Source of the DNA: Wigglesworthia glossinidia endosymbiont of Glossina brevipalpis
GTDB lineage: Bacteria; Pseudomonadota; Gammaproteobacteria; Enterobacterales; Enterobacteriaceae
Direction: 5' to 3'
DNA length: 32,000 nt
NCBI GenBank assembly: GCA_000008885.1
Contig: BA000021.3
Span: forward strand, 420,001-452,000
Both the position numbers and the translations under genes were made by a program. Positions 17,838-29,290 of this stretch are shown here, piece after piece. The notes beneath the pieces are model-generated. The model was not told where the DNA came from and ran no database searches. It saw only the letters and a list, made by a program, of their open reading frames with translations. How positions within the stretch are numbered: position 1 is the first letter of the stretch; every line of letters starts with the position of its first letter.

Positions 17838-20800
17838 AGTATTTTTTTAAATTCTAAATGAATTTTTTTTATCCCAATAGTTGAATTTATTTCTTTTATA
17901 AATTCTTCAGAAGGATCTATTTGAAAATTTTTTTCTTTATGCAAAGGAAAATTTTTATTTTTAATATTAAAAAAAAATTTAATTAATATATTTCCTGATT
18001 TAAATTTATTTAAAATTTGTTTTATTCTATTTAACGAGAAACTCTCTTTAAAATTATAAAATATAATTATATTAATTTTTTTTAAAAATTTTTTTCTTAA
18101 CTCGTATATATTTGTAATTTTGTTACATATAATTTTTGGATAATAATAACTACTTTTTGCAAAAATTTTTCCATAAACTACAACAACTTGATTTTTTTTA
18201 ATTAAATATTTGTATTTTTCATATTCTTTCAAAAACAAAATAACTTCTAATATATCAGAAGAATCTTCTAATAGTAATGATATTATAATATCTCCAGATT
18301 TTGTGTATATTTTTTTCACAGAAGATATCATTCCGCATATATTTTTATTTTTTCCAGATGAATTTTTATTAATATTTTTTATTAAATTTCTATTAGAATA
18401 ATAAATAAATTCTTGCAAATAATATTTCATAGGATGATTGCTTAAATATATTCCTAACATATTTCTTTCTTCTTCTAAAATAGAAAAATTTTGCATGCTT
18501 GATTCAAAATGTTTAAATATATATTTTGATTTTAATCTATAATTAAACATATCTATTTGACCTAATTTTTTATTTTTTATTTTTTGTTGAGCAAATTTCA
18601 TAGCGTAAGGTAAATTTTTAACATTAAAACTACGATCTTTATTTAATTTATCTAATGCTCCTGAAAAGATTAATTTTTCTATTGTTTTTCTAGTTAATTT
18701 TTTAGGATCAGATCTAAGGCACAAATCAAATAAATCTGTAAAATTTCCATTTTTTTTTATTTGATTTTTTATTTCTTTTATAGAAGATAATCCTATTCCT
18801 TTAATAGCTCCTAATCCATATATAATTTTTTTATCTACAACTTTAAAATGATAATTACATGTATTAATATCTGGTAGTAATATTTTTATTCCTATATTCT
18901 TGCATTCATTTATTAAAGAAATTATTCTGTCAGAATTATCCATATCCGCACTCATTGCTGATGACATAAATTCTGTAGCATAATGAGTTTTTAACCATAA
19001 AGTTTGATAAGATAATAATGCATATGCAGCAGAATGAGATTTATTAAAACCATATCCAGAAAATTTTTCTAGTAAATCAAAAATTTTCATAGAAAAAATT
19101 TTATCAATTCCATTCTTTAAAGCTCCATTTTTAAATCTGTTACGCTGTTCAGACATTTCTTTAACTTTCTTTTTACCCATGGCCCTTCTTAAAATATCTG
19201 CTTCACCTAGTGAATAACCTGCTAAAACTTGTGCAATACTCATAACTTGTTCTTGATACAATATAATACCATAAGTAGATTTTAATATTGGTTCAAGAAG
19301 TTCATGTTGCCAATTTTTATCTGGATAAAATATTTTTTCTTTTCCATGTTTTCTATTAATAAAATTTTCTACCATGCCTGATTTAAGAGGTCCTGGACGA
19401 AACAATGCTACTAAAGAAATAATATCTTCAAAACAATCTGGTTGTAATCTTTTTATAAGATCCCTGATTCCTTTAGATTCTAATTGAAATACAGATATAG
19501 TTTTTGATTTTTTTAATAATTCAAAGCTTTTGATATCATTTAATGGTATTTTAGATATATCTATTAAATCTAAATTATTTTTTTCTCTTTTTTTATTAAT
19601 TATTTTTACTGTCCAATCAATAATTGTTAATGTACGTAAACCAAGAAAATCAAATTTTACTAGACCTATTTTTTCTATATCATCTTTATCAAATTGAGTT
19701 ATTTGAGTGTTGTTTTTAATATCATAATATATAGGAGTGAAATTCGTAATTTCTTTTGGAGAAATTACAATTCCTCCAGCGTGCTTGCTAACATTTTTTA
19801 TTAACCCCTCAAGATTTTTAGACATATCAATAATTTTTTTTACTTCTTCATCAGAAGAATATAACTTTATTAGTTGATGTTCTGTATTTAATGATTTTTC
19901 TAAAGTCACTCCTGGATCTAATGGTATTAATTTTGATATTTTATCTACAAATCTATATGGAAAACCTAGCACTCTACCTACATCTTTTATAACAGATCTT
20001 GCAGTCATTTTTCCAAATGTAATAATTTGAGCTACAGATTTTTTACCATAAATATTTGCGACATGGTTGATTACTAAATCACGTTTTTCCATACAAAAAT
20101 CAATATCAAAATCAGGCATAGATATTCGTTCTGGATTTAAAAATCTTTCAAATAGCAATCCAAAAGATAATGGATCAATATCGGTAATATTCAAAGAATA
20201 AGCTACTAGAGATCCAGCTCCTGACCCTCTTCCTGGTCCGACAGGAATATTATTTTTTTTAGCCCATGATATAAATTCCATAATTATTAAAAAATAACTA
20301 GGAAATTTCATTTTGTTTATTACTTTTAATTCATTTTTTAACCTTGTTTCATATTTTTTTTTATTTTTGTTTTTTTCAATAGAATTTGGAAATAAAAAAT
20401 CTAATTTTTTTTCTAAACCTAAATATGATTTATTAATAATATATTTTTTTGGAGATAACTCTCCAGATGAAAAATGTGGTAAATGATATTTATTTAATTC
20501 AATATTAACATTACATCTTTTAGCAATTTCTATGCTATTTTCAAGAGATTCTGGTATATCAGAAAATAAATCACACATCTCTTTTTCGCATTTCATGTAT
20601 TGATTATCAGTATAATTATTTTTTTTTAAATTTTTTAAAGTAGTATTTTGATAAATCGATACTTTTATGTTATGAACATTAAAATCATTTCTAAAAATAA
20701 ATCTAACATTATTTGTTGCTACTAAAGGTATATTATAATTAATTGATAAATTTAATGCATAATTAATGTATATTTCTTCTTCTGATTTTCCGGTTCTTGT

Positions 20801-21313
20801 TATTTCTAAATAATATCTATTATGAAAATATTTCTTATAAAAATTGATACAATATTTTATATTTTCTAAATTATTTTTTATTAAATATTTCCCTATTTCT
20901 CCGTATATTCCTCCAGATAATATAATTAATCCAGAATTATATTTTGATAACCAATACAAATTAATTGTTGGTCCAATATTTGTTTGTCCAAATTGATATG
21001 CTTTAGAAATTAATAAAATTAAATTTTTGTAACCCATGTTATTAGAAGCAAGAATTGTGATTTCTGATATTTCTTCTTTTCCACAAATAATTTTTTTTAA
21101 ATAAAAATCTGATCCAATAATTGGTTTAATTCCATTTTTTTTAGCAAAAATATAAAATTTAATTAAACCATATAGATTTGTAAAATCTGTAATAGCTAAC
21201 GCAGGCATATTTAATTTTTTTGCGCGATTTATAATTGTTTCTATTTTAGGTAATCCATCTATTATGGAATAATCACTATGTATTCTTAAATGGATAAAAT
21301 AGGTTTTAGACAT
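17834..21313 (-). CDS. dnaE: DNA polymerase III alpha subunit
   Basis: The 1159-aa ORF compares with 1160 aa in E. coli. It has an N-terminal PHP domain ([13 protein letters not shown]), [31 protein letters not shown], and [11 protein letters not shown] in the fingers region. AAGG lies ~10 nt upstream of the ATG. Confidence 0.98.
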   Translation of the reverse strand: MSKTYFIHLRIHSDYSIIDGLPKIETIINRAKKLNMPALAITDFTNLYGLIKFYIFAKKNGIKPIIGSDFYLKKIICGKEEISEITILASNNMGYKNLILLISKAYQFGQTNIGPTINLYWLSKYNSGLIILSGGIYGEIGKYLIKNNLENIKYCINFYKKYFHNRYYLEITRTGKSEEEIYINYALNLSINYNIPLVATNNVRFIFRNDFNVHNIKVSIYQNTTLKNLKKNNYTDNQYMKCEKEMCDLFSDIPESLENSIEIAKRCNVNIELNKYHLPHFSSGELSPKKYIINKSYLGLEKKLDFLFPNSIEKNKNKKKYETRLKNELKVINKMKFPSYFLIIMEFISWAKKNNIPVGPGRGSGAGSLVAYSLNITDIDPLSFGLLFERFLNPERISMPDFDIDFCMEKRDLVINHVANIYGKKSVAQIITFGKMTARSVIKDVGRVLGFPYRFVDKISKLIPLDPGVTLEKSLNTEHQLIKLYSSDEEVKKIIDMSKNLEGLIKNVSKHAGGIVISPKEITNFTPIYYDIKNNTQITQFDKDDIEKIGLVKFDFLGLRTLTIIDWTVKIINKKREKNNLDLIDISKIPLNDIKSFELLKKSKTISVFQLESKGIRDLIKRLQPDCFEDIISLVALFRPGPLKSGMVENFINRKHGKEKIFYPDKNWQHELLEPILKSTYGIILYQEQVMSIAQVLAGYSLGEADILRRAMGKKKVKEMSEQRNRFKNGALKNGIDKIFSMKIFDLLEKFSGYGFNKSHSAAYALLSYQTLWLKTHYATEFMSSAMSADMDNSDRIISLINECKNIGIKILLPDINTCNYHFKVVDKKIIYGLGAIKGIGLSSIKEIKNQIKKNGNFTDLFDLCLRSDPKKLTRKTIEKLIFSGALDKLNKDRSFNVKNLPYAMKFAQQKIKNKKLGQIDMFNYRLKSKYIFKHFESSMQNFSILEEERNMLGIYLSNHPMKYYLQEFIYYSNRNLIKNINKNSSGKNKNICGMISSVKKIYTKSGDIIISLLLEDSSDILEVILFLKEYEKYKYLIKKNQVVVVYGKIFAKSSYYYPKIICNKITNIYELRKKFLKKINIIIFYNFKESFSLNRIKQILNKFKSGNILIKFFFNIKNKNFPLHKEKNFQIDPSEEFIKEINSTIGIKKIHLEFKKIL

Positions 21314-21334
21314 ATTAATTTACCTTTATTAATT

Positions 21335-22492
21335 TTATTTAATAGTCAATTTATTAATTAAACATGACGCTGAGCAAGCAGCATTATAACTTGAATTACA
21401 ACGAATTTTTTTATGTAATTTATAAAATATTTTTTTTGTTTTTTTATATTTTTTTTTGTCATTAAAAATAATTAAAATTTCTTTTGCTAAAACTTCAGGA
21501 TTACATTCATTTTGAATTTTTTCTGGAACTATTTTTTTTCCAGCTATTAAATTTGGAAGAGATATATAATTAATTTTGATTATTTTTTTTAATAAAAAAA
21601 AATTAATTTTTTTCATGCAATATCCAACAACCATTGGGCATTTAGATAACATACACTCTAAAGTCGCAGTTCCAGAAGTTACAATAGAAAAATCTGAGCA
21701 AGCCATAACTTCATATGAGAAATTATCAAAAATTGTAATCGGTAAATCTGGAGCCACTTCACGTTTTATTTCTTCAAATCTTTTTTTTAGCAAAGAATTA
21801 ACCATTGGAACTAATATTTTAAGATTAAAAATATTTTTTTTTATAATCTTTGCTGCATATAAAAATTTTTTACTTAATAAATTTATTTCTGTTAATCTAC
21901 TACCAGGTAGTAATGCCAAACATACAGAATTTTTGTCTATTTCTAAATTAGATCTTATAGAATATTTATCTGGATATAAAGGAATTTTATCAGCTAAAGG
22001 ATGTCCAACGAATTTACAAGGAATATTAAAATCATCGTATATTTTTTTTTCGAAAGGTAATAAAGCAAGAACTTTATCTACAGATTCTTTTATTTTAAAT
22101 ATCCTGCTTTTTCTCCAAGCCCAAATAGATGGACTTACATAATGTATTATTTTTATACCATTTTTTTTTAATTTAAACTCTAAATGTATATTAAATTCTG
22201 GAGAATCTATTCCTATAAACAAATCAGGTTTTAAAAAAGATAATCTATTGAATATTTTATTTCTTATATTTAATATCTTTGGAATTCTATTTATTATTTC
22301 GAATATTCCCATAATAGATAATTCTTCTATAGAGAACCATGATTCAACATTTTTTTCTTTTAACATTAAAGGACCAGCTATTCCAACAAATTTAATATTT
22401 GAATGAATTATGTTTAATGATTTTATTAATTCTGCACCAAGAAAATCTCCTGAAGCTTCTCCAGCAACTATTCCAATTAATATATTTTTCAT
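21335..22492 (-). CDS. lpxB: Lipid-A-disaccharide synthase
   Basis: The 385-aa ORF contains I.AGE.SGD.LGA, IHYVSPS.WAWR, LPFEK..YD..N.PC.FVGHP.AD, LLPGSR, GTATLECML.KCPMVVGY and YISLPNL.AG. It is collinear with E. coli LpxB. Confidence 0.93.
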   Translation of the reverse strand: MKNILIGIVAGEASGDFLGAELIKSLNIIHSNIKFVGIAGPLMLKEKNVESWFSIEELSIMGIFEIINRIPKILNIRNKIFNRLSFLKPDLFIGIDSPEFNIHLEFKLKKNGIKIIHYVSPSIWAWRKSRIFKIKESVDKVLALLPFEKKIYDDFNIPCKFVGHPLADKIPLYPDKYSIRSNLEIDKNSVCLALLPGSRLTEINLLSKKFLYAAKIIKKNIFNLKILVPMVNSLLKKRFEEIKREVAPDLPITIFDNFSYEVMACSDFSIVTSGTATLECMLSKCPMVVGYCMKKINFFLLKKIIKINYISLPNLIAGKKIVPEKIQNECNPEVLAKEILIIFNDKKKYKKTKKIFYKLHKKIRCNSSYNAACSASCLINKLTIK

Positions 22493-22507
22493 TTTTGTGT
22501 ATTTTAT

Positions 22508-23296
22508 TTATCTTATAAAGCCACGACTTGAATTGGAAAAAAAATCTAAAAATAGGTTAATAATTTTATTTGATTCAGAAAGTTTTATTAGTTCTTTTTT
22601 TATATTATTCAAATTATTTCCTCTTTTATATATTATTTTATAAGCATTTTTAATAACAGATATAGTTTTTTTATCAAATCCACGACGTTTCAGCCCTTCA
22701 AAGTTAATTCCAAAAGGAATAGCATGATTTCCTTGAGCTAGTATAAAAGGAGGAACATCTTGAGAAATGCCTGAACATCCTCCAATCATAACATGAGATC
22801 CAATTATGCAATTTTGGTGAACAGCAGTCATTCCTCCTATTACTACATGATTACCAATTTTAACATGCCCTCCTAAAGTAACATTGTTTGCCATAACGCA
22901 ATTATTTTCTATAACACAATCATGAGCAATATGAACATTTACCATGAATAAATTATCATTTCCTATTTTTGTAATCTTGTTAGATTGTACGGTTCCTCTA
23001 TGAATAGTAGAGTTTTCTCTAATTTTATTTCTATCACCAATATAAACTTTTGTATTTTCTCCAGAATATTTTAAATCTTGATTTTCTTCTCCTATCGAAG
23101 AAAATTGATAAATAAAGTTATCTTCCCCTACATATGTTAAACCATTTATTATCACATGTGATTTTAATACTGTTCTTGCTCCAATTTCTACTTGAGAATC
23201 GATAAAACAAAAAGGTCCAACATAAGAATTAGCATGAATGATAGCATTTTTTCTAACAATAGAGCTAGGGTGCACATAAGCTGATTTATCGATCAC
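22508..23296 (-). CDS. lpxA: UDP-N-acetylglucosamine O-acyltransferase
   Basis: This is a hexapeptide-repeat protein collinear with E. coli LpxA. I place the start at the GTG at 23294-23296, giving (M)IDKSAYVHP and exactly 262 aa, as in E. coli (MIDKSAFVHP). The ORF track begins 27 nt further upstream at another GTG (23323), deep inside fabZ. Confidence 0.93.
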   Translation of the reverse strand: MIDKSAYVHPSSIVRKNAIIHANSYVGPFCFIDSQVEIGARTVLKSHVIINGLTYVGEDNFIYQFSSIGEENQDLKYSGENTKVYIGDRNKIRENSTIHRGTVQSNKITKIGNDNLFMVNVHIAHDCVIENNCVMANNVTLGGHVKIGNHVVIGGMTAVHQNCIIGSHVMIGGCSGISQDVPPFILAQGNHAIPFGINFEGLKRRGFDKKTISVIKNAYKIIYKRGNNLNNIKKELIKLSESNKIINLFLDFFSNSSRGFIR

Positions 23297-23756
23297 GAAT
23301 TCTAGATTCCCGTCTACGAGCACACATCATAGATGCTTCGCAAGCGACTTCATTATCTACAGTTGCAATTCCATTAAATCTTGCTACTCCCCTTCTTTCT
23401 TTCATAAATGTCACTTTTAGTATCATTTGATCTCCAGGGTATACTGGACGTTTAAATCTTGCTTGATCAATAGCTGCAAAATAATATAATTCTCCAAGAG
23501 ATAGTTTGCCAGAACTTTTAAAAGCTAAAATGCCAGTAGCTTGAGCCATAGCTTCAAGAATAAGAACTCCTGGAAAAATTGGATTTCCTGGGAAATGACC
23601 TTGAAAAAATGGTTCATTAAAAGAAACATTTTTAATTGCACGCAAAAATTTTCCTTTTTCAAAATCCAAAACACGATCAACTAATAAAAAAGGGAAACGG
23701 TGCGGTAAAAATTCTAATATCTCTTCAATATTAAGAATATTGGTTTTATTAGTCAA
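23286..23756 (-). CDS. fabZ: 3-hydroxyacyl-[ACP] dehydratase FabZ
   Basis: The 156-aa ORF contains [51 protein letters not shown] and GELYYFA.ID.ARFKRPV.PGDQM. It is nearly identical to E. coli FabZ over long stretches. Confidence 0.97.
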   Translation of the reverse strand: MTNKTNILNIEEILEFLPHRFPFLLVDRVLDFEKGKFLRAIKNVSFNEPFFQGHFPGNPIFPGVLILEAMAQATGILAFKSSGKLSLGELYYFAAIDQARFKRPVYPGDQMILKVTFMKERRGVARFNGIATVDNEVACEASMMCARRRESRIRDR

Positions 23757-23872
23757 AACACTATTCCTATCTAAATAGTTATATTAATTTAATATTGTTG
23801 TAAACATAAAAACAAAAATTATTACCTAGTAATATATAAAATGATTTAGTAAATTTATCTATTTAGAACAAA

Positions 23873-24895
23873 CTATTTTTTTTTATATTTTTTTAAAATT
23901 TCTTTTATTTGCTTTTTTATTTTATTTATATTCATAATTAATGCAGTATTCTTTTTCCATTTTTTGTTTAATTGCGCTGGTACTCCTGAGGAATAAATTC
24001 CAGGAGTTTTGATAGAGCGCATTACCATAGACATTCCAGTAATTTTTACTCTGTCACAAATTATAATATGCCCATTAATTACGCTAGCTCCTCCAATAAT
24101 GCAATTACTACCAATAATCAAACTTCCTGCCATCACTACCCCCCCTGCTATAGCGGTATTTTCGCCAATAATTACATTATGTGCAATTTGACATTGGTTA
24201 TCTATTATTACTCCATTTCCTATAACGGTATTATCTATAGATCCTCTATCTATGGTAGTAGAAGATCCAATTTCTACATTGTTTCCTATTACTACTTTTC
24301 CTAAATGAGGAATTTTAATCCAAGATCCATTTTTATTGGCATATCCAAAACCATCTGATCCAATTACAGAACCAGATTGTATAGAACAATTATTTCCGAT
24401 TATAGTACCATGATGTATAGTTGTATTATCCCATAAATGGGTATTACTACCAATAATAGTATTTTCACCTATAAAGCATCCTGATCCAATAATAATATTA
24501 TTTTCTAATTTTACTTTGGACTCAATCACTGTATTATGTCCTATATAAATGTTTTTACCTAATATTGCTTTTTTAGATACAATCGCAGTTGATCTTATTC
24601 TATATTTTGGAATTTTTTTAACATACATAAATTTAACTAATTTTACATAAGCTATATATGGATCTTTAACAACTAATGCAAACTGCTTGCAAAAAGGAAG
24701 ATTATCTTTAGCAAGAATTATTGCGGAAGCTTTGCATGAAGGTAGATATTTTCTAAATTTATTTTTATAAATAAAAGAGATATAACCAGGCTTGGAGTCT
24801 TCTATTGAAGAAATTCCTTTTATTATGAAATTTTTATCACCATATAATTTTGCAGATATTATTTTAGATACATCAGATAATTTTATTTCTAACAT
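23873..24895 (-). CDS. lpxD: UDP-3-O-(3-hydroxyacyl)glucosamine N-acyltransferase
   Basis: The 340-aa ORF compares with 341 aa in E. coli. It contains GSDGFGYA...G.W.KIP..G.V.IG..VEIG..TTIDRG..D.T.IGNGVIIDNQCQIAHNV.IG.NTA.AGGV.MAGS and has left-handed beta-helix repeats. Confidence 0.95.
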   Translation of the reverse strand: MLEIKLSDVSKIISAKLYGDKNFIIKGISSIEDSKPGYISFIYKNKFRKYLPSCKASAIILAKDNLPFCKQFALVVKDPYIAYVKLVKFMYVKKIPKYRIRSTAIVSKKAILGKNIYIGHNTVIESKVKLENNIIIGSGCFIGENTIIGSNTHLWDNTTIHHGTIIGNNCSIQSGSVIGSDGFGYANKNGSWIKIPHLGKVVIGNNVEIGSSTTIDRGSIDNTVIGNGVIIDNQCQIAHNVIIGENTAIAGGVVMAGSLIIGSNCIIGGASVINGHIIICDRVKITGMSMVMRSIKTPGIYSSGVPAQLNKKWKKNTALIMNINKIKKQIKEILKKYKKK

Positions 24896-25404
24896 TATTT
24901 TTTATCCATTTTTTTTAAAACATCTTCTGTAATATCATTTATATTATTTGAATAAATTATTGCGCTAGAATCTATAACCAAATTATAACCTTTTTCTAAA
25001 GCTACTTGTTTAACTACCGATTTAATTTGAGTTAAAATTTTATTTTGTTCCTCATTTTGTCTTCTAATTTGGTCTTGATCAAAATATTTAGCTTTATTTG
25101 AAAAATTTTCTTTTTGTGCAGACAGAGCTTCTTCTAAGTTGTTCCTATCATTTATATCCATTTTATTTCCATTTCTTTTTAATATTTCTATCTTTGCATT
25201 TACATCTCTTTGAATGAACTCAAGCTCTGTAGCTCTATCTTGAAATTCAATTTCTAATTTTTTTGCGGCTAAAGCTTGTTGATGAGATTTTTGGAAAATA
25301 TTTACTAAATTAATAATTGCTATATTTGAATTTGCATAAGATTTTTTGCATGAAGCGAAAGCAAAGAATAATATAAAAAAAGAAATAAAAAACTTTTTAT
25401 TCAC
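24895..25404 (-). CDS. skp: Periplasmic chaperone Skp (OmpH)
   Basis: The 169-aa ORF has an N-terminal signal peptide followed by a coiled-coil-rich body. IAI.N....FQ, E.EF..RA.EL, R.NEE and the C-terminal DIT.DVLK motif match E. coli Skp. It occupies the canonical position between bamA and lpxD. Confidence 0.85.
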   Translation of the reverse strand: MNKKFFISFFILFFAFASCKKSYANSNIAIINLVNIFQKSHQQALAAKKLEIEFQDRATELEFIQRDVNAKIEILKRNGNKMDINDRNNLEEALSAQKENFSNKAKYFDQDQIRRQNEEQNKILTQIKSVVKQVALEKGYNLVIDSSAIIYSNNINDITEDVLKKMDKK

Positions 25405-25489
25405 TTATTAATACTCCTTAAATTTACATTTAATTTAACTAACTCAATTTTAATAATTTAAATTAATATTTTTATGTTTTATATAAAAT

Positions 25490-27907
25490 TTACCATATCT
25501 TCCCAATATTAAATTGAATTGGTTCAATACGATCATTAATAATTTTTTTTATTGGAATAGCATAAGATAAAGATACAAGACCAAATGGTGAAATCCATTG
25601 AAGAAAAATACCGCTTGAAATTCTAATACGATCAGATTTAATATATTTTACATTATTAATTTCATTTTGAATTAAAAAATTATCATTTGATGATTTATTC
25701 CAAGAATTTCCTAAATCTAAAAACAAAGAAGTACGTATTAAATTATTATACTGATTTTTTATAAATGGTGTAGGTAAAATTAATTCTATATTTGAAGTTG
25801 TAAGTATATCTCCGCCTATAATATAATCATCATTTAAATCTATACATTTTTTATATTTTTCACATTTTTCAGAAATTAGTTTTGGGCTAATAGTATTATG
25901 ATAAAATCCTCTAACAGAATCATATCCTCCAGTATAAAATTTTTCATAAAATGGAATTTTTTTTCTATGCATTTTATGCAAGTATCCTAGATTTGTTTTC
26001 ATCATAAATATTAATTTATTATCAATTGATAATGGAATAAAATATTTAGAATTTATTAATATTTTAAAATATGAATTACCAGACCCCGGAACAGTAAATT
26101 TACTATTAATATTATTAAATAAACCAGATGTAGAAAAGTATTCTTTATCAATTGTATTATAATTCCAATTAAATATAAAAAAAATATCATCTGATTTAAA
26201 ATCAGATGTTTTATTTTTTTCTTTGCTTAATAAAGAATTATATTTTTTTATATCATTAAAATAATTCCAAATATCAGAATGTGAATTCATTTGTATAGCT
26301 TTATTATGAGTATATTCTAAACCAAAATCTATTATATTATTTTTGTATTCTGGCATAATTATATTAGAACTTAAACCATAATTATATAAATTATAATTAT
26401 TTTTATATGAATTATTTAAATTGAAATTATTAAAAAATATTTTTCCATTAGCATGAGTTCCATTGAGTTTGATATATGGATTAAAAAAAAACATCTCAGC
26501 ATGTGTATGATGATAGTTTTTTTCACCATTAATTTCTATGAAATTTCCACTACCAAAAATATTTTTTTTTGATATTTTAAAATTAAAATTTATTTTATTT
26601 TGTTCTCCAAATCCAATGCCAAAATTTATTTTTCCTATATTGTTTTCTTTTATTTTATAAAAAATATCTAAGTAATTTTCCATATTAGGAGCATTTTTAA
26701 TATTAATATCAATTACTTCAATATAATTTAACTTATTTAAGTTGCTAATATCTTTATATATATTAGAAATCTCTAATGTGCTTCTTTCTAATTGTTTAAG
26801 ATTTCTTCTAATCACATGTTCTTTAGTGTATTCGTTACCAGAAAAATTTATATGATTAACATATAATTTTTGTCCTTTATGTACATTAAATAACAGCTGT
26901 ATTTTATTATTCGAATTGCTTTTTTTTATTTTTAAAAAAATTTTTGGTTCATTGTATCCATGTTTGGATATATTTTTTTTTATTAAATTTTTTATTTTTA
27001 AAATATCATTTTCTTTGTAAAATTTATTAATTATATTTTTTTTTAAGTCTTCTAAATCTTGTGTAACTTCATATCCATTAAAAATAATTTCAGAAATTTT
27101 ATATCTCACGCCTTCATATAAGTAAAAATCAATATAAACAAATTTTTTTTCTTTTATTATATTAACTTTAGTAAAATTTATTTTAAAATCAACATATCCT
27201 TGGTTAAAATAAAAATTTTTTAAAATATTTTTAGTTTTTATTAATTTGTGTTTTTGATATATACATTTTTGAAAAAAGCTTAAACTTGAATTATATTCGC
27301 ATAATTCAATTTTATTAATTAAGTTTTTTTTTGAAAATTTGTTATTTCCTATAAAATTAATTTCTTTTATTAAAACAAAATCTGATTCTTTAATAATGAT
27401 ATTTAAATCAACTTTATTATTTTTCAAATTTATTGAATTTACATTTATTTCAGAATTGTATTTTCCTATATAATCATATATATTTTTTAGGCTTATTTTT
27501 ATCTCTTGCGAAGCAGAAGGATATAAAGGATTTCCTATTTTAATATTTTTGCTTTTTAATATATTTTTTATATTGTTTTTTTCTAAAGAAATATTTCCAG
27601 AAAAAAAAATATTATTAATAATTGGACATTCTTCCACGAATATAATTAAATTGTTTTCTTCATAAGAAATTTTAATTTTATTAAAATTTTTACTATCAAA
27701 TAAAATTCTTATACTTTCTGAAACATCTTGTTTTGTTAATATTTTTCCAATTTTTATTGGAGTTTTTAAAAGTATATGTTCAGTATTAACATGTTTAAAG
27801 CCTTTAAATATTATTTTTTTTACTAAAAATTTTTCATCAACATCAGCAATAGATAAGTTAATTGAAAAAATTATCAATATTAATAAAAATAATTTTTTTA
27901 TTAACAT
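25490..27907 (-). CDS. bamA: Outer membrane protein assembly factor BamA
   Basis: The 805-aa ORF compares with 810 aa in E. coli. It has a signal peptide, a POTRA-repeat N-terminal half and a beta-barrel C-terminal half. Its terminus ends IQFNIGKIW (E. coli ...FQFNIGKTW). Confidence 0.93.
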   Translation of the reverse strand: MLIKKLFLLILIIFSINLSIADVDEKFLVKKIIFKGFKHVNTEHILLKTPIKIGKILTKQDVSESIRILFDSKNFNKIKISYEENNLIIFVEECPIINNIFFSGNISLEKNNIKNILKSKNIKIGNPLYPSASQEIKISLKNIYDYIGKYNSEINVNSINLKNNKVDLNIIIKESDFVLIKEINFIGNNKFSKKNLINKIELCEYNSSLSFFQKCIYQKHKLIKTKNILKNFYFNQGYVDFKINFTKVNIIKEKKFVYIDFYLYEGVRYKISEIIFNGYEVTQDLEDLKKNIINKFYKENDILKIKNLIKKNISKHGYNEPKIFLKIKKSNSNNKIQLLFNVHKGQKLYVNHINFSGNEYTKEHVIRRNLKQLERSTLEISNIYKDISNLNKLNYIEVIDINIKNAPNMENYLDIFYKIKENNIGKINFGIGFGEQNKINFNFKISKKNIFGSGNFIEINGEKNYHHTHAEMFFFNPYIKLNGTHANGKIFFNNFNLNNSYKNNYNLYNYGLSSNIIMPEYKNNIIDFGLEYTHNKAIQMNSHSDIWNYFNDIKKYNSLLSKEKNKTSDFKSDDIFFIFNWNYNTIDKEYFSTSGLFNNINSKFTVPGSGNSYFKILINSKYFIPLSIDNKLIFMMKTNLGYLHKMHRKKIPFYEKFYTGGYDSVRGFYHNTISPKLISEKCEKYKKCIDLNDDYIIGGDILTTSNIELILPTPFIKNQYNNLIRTSLFLDLGNSWNKSSNDNFLIQNEINNVKYIKSDRIRISSGIFLQWISPFGLVSLSYAIPIKKIINDRIEPIQFNIGKIW

Positions 27908-27943
27908 AATAATTTTTTAATAATTGTTAAAATTTTTTTCATT

Positions 27944-29284
27944 TTATCTAAAAAAATCATTAATCATAGATAAAAACATTATAGTTATTATTATAATTGC
28001 TCCAATCTTGTATATAATTTCTTGAATGTTTTCTTTAATTTTACATTTTGTTATATTTTCTATTAATAAGAAAACAACATGACCTCCATCTAATATGGGT
28101 ATTGGCATTAAATTAACTATTCCTAAATTTATACTAATAATAGATAAAAAAATTACATAATGTATAAATCCATCATCCATAGAATCTTTTATTCCTTTTG
28201 CCATAGATATTGGTCCACTTATATTATTTAAGTTTAGATCTCCAATTATTAATTTAAACAATGAAATTATTATATTTTTTATTATGTAAAAAACTTTTTC
28301 TAATGACATATTAAATGAATCTATAAAATTAAGTTTTATTTTTTGTTTATATTCTTCAGGTATGTAACTTTTTTTAAAAATTATTCCTATTGGTTCATAT
28401 TTTATATTTTTGTTATTATTTTTATCTTTTATAATTTCAGTTCTTATTATATTTCCATTTCTTTCAATTTCTACTTTTAAGTTTTTTTTATAATTATTTT
28501 TTACAACATCAATCAATAAATACCAAGAATCTTTTATTAAAATTTCGTTTATTTTTATAATTTTGTCGTTCTTCTTTAATCCGAATTTATCAGCAATAGA
28601 TCCTGGAATAACAGATTTTATGTATACTGATATATTTGGAATCAATGGAATAATTCCAAATTCTATTATATCATCTTGTTTTTTAATTTTATTTTTAAAA
28701 TCTTTTAAAGATATATTTTTATTAATTAAATTTTTGTTATTTTTTTCTGTTAATTTTATAATAATACTATCTTTCTCTAAAAATAATTTAAAATCATTCC
28801 AATTAAATACTTTAATACCATTAATTTCTTTAATTTCCATTCCTGGTTTTAATCCATGTTTATATGCTGTTGAATCATTTATTGTTTCTTTAATTATTAA
28901 TTTATATCCAGGTATTCCTGTAAAAAAAATAAACCAAAAAGTTATTATAGAAAATAAAATATTACTCAAAGGTCCAGCGATAATAATAGATAATTTTTCA
29001 AAAAAATTTTTAGAGTCAAACGTTTTATTTATTTTTTCTTTGGTAATATTTTTGGATTTATAATTTAGCATTTTTATATAGCCTCCTATTGGCAGCAAGG
29101 ATATAACATATTCTGTTCCTTTTTTGTCAACAGTTTTCCAAATTACTTTTCCTATACCAATAGAAAATTTTTCTACGTGCACTCCTAATTTTCTAGCAAT
29201 AAAAAAATGACCAAATTCATGTATAGTTATTAATATGCTTACAGAAATAATAAAAGAAAAAATATTCCATATAAAATGTAACAT
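27944..29284 (-). CDS. rseP: Site-2 (RIP) zinc metalloprotease RseP
   Basis: The 446-aa ORF has the HEFGHF (HExxH) motif in TM1, a central PDZ-like region and the NLMPIPILDGGH motif near the C-terminus. Confidence 0.93.
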   Translation of the reverse strand: MLHFIWNIFSFIISVSILITIHEFGHFFIARKLGVHVEKFSIGIGKVIWKTVDKKGTEYVISLLPIGGYIKMLNYKSKNITKEKINKTFDSKNFFEKLSIIIAGPLSNILFSIITFWFIFFTGIPGYKLIIKETINDSTAYKHGLKPGMEIKEINGIKVFNWNDFKLFLEKDSIIIKLTEKNNKNLINKNISLKDFKNKIKKQDDIIEFGIIPLIPNISVYIKSVIPGSIADKFGLKKNDKIIKINEILIKDSWYLLIDVVKNNYKKNLKVEIERNGNIIRTEIIKDKNNNKNIKYEPIGIIFKKSYIPEEYKQKIKLNFIDSFNMSLEKVFYIIKNIIISLFKLIIGDLNLNNISGPISMAKGIKDSMDDGFIHYVIFLSIISINLGIVNLMPIPILDGGHVVFLLIENITKCKIKENIQEIIYKIGAIIIITIMFLSMINDFFR

Positions 29285-29290
29285 GTTATA

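Noticed and set aside
21576-22142. 188-aa ORF on the + strand, unusually long for such A+T-rich DNA
   Set aside because: It lies entirely antisense to lpxB, whose minus-strand frame has unambiguous end-to-end homology. The translation is low-complexity, rich in I, F, K and L, and contains no motif I recognise. It has no SD. I treat it as a shadow ORF.
28563-29063. 166-aa ORF on the + strand
   Set aside because: It is antisense to rseP, in the PDZ region. The translation is low-complexity and hydrophobic, with no recognisable family or start context. I treat it as a shadow ORF.
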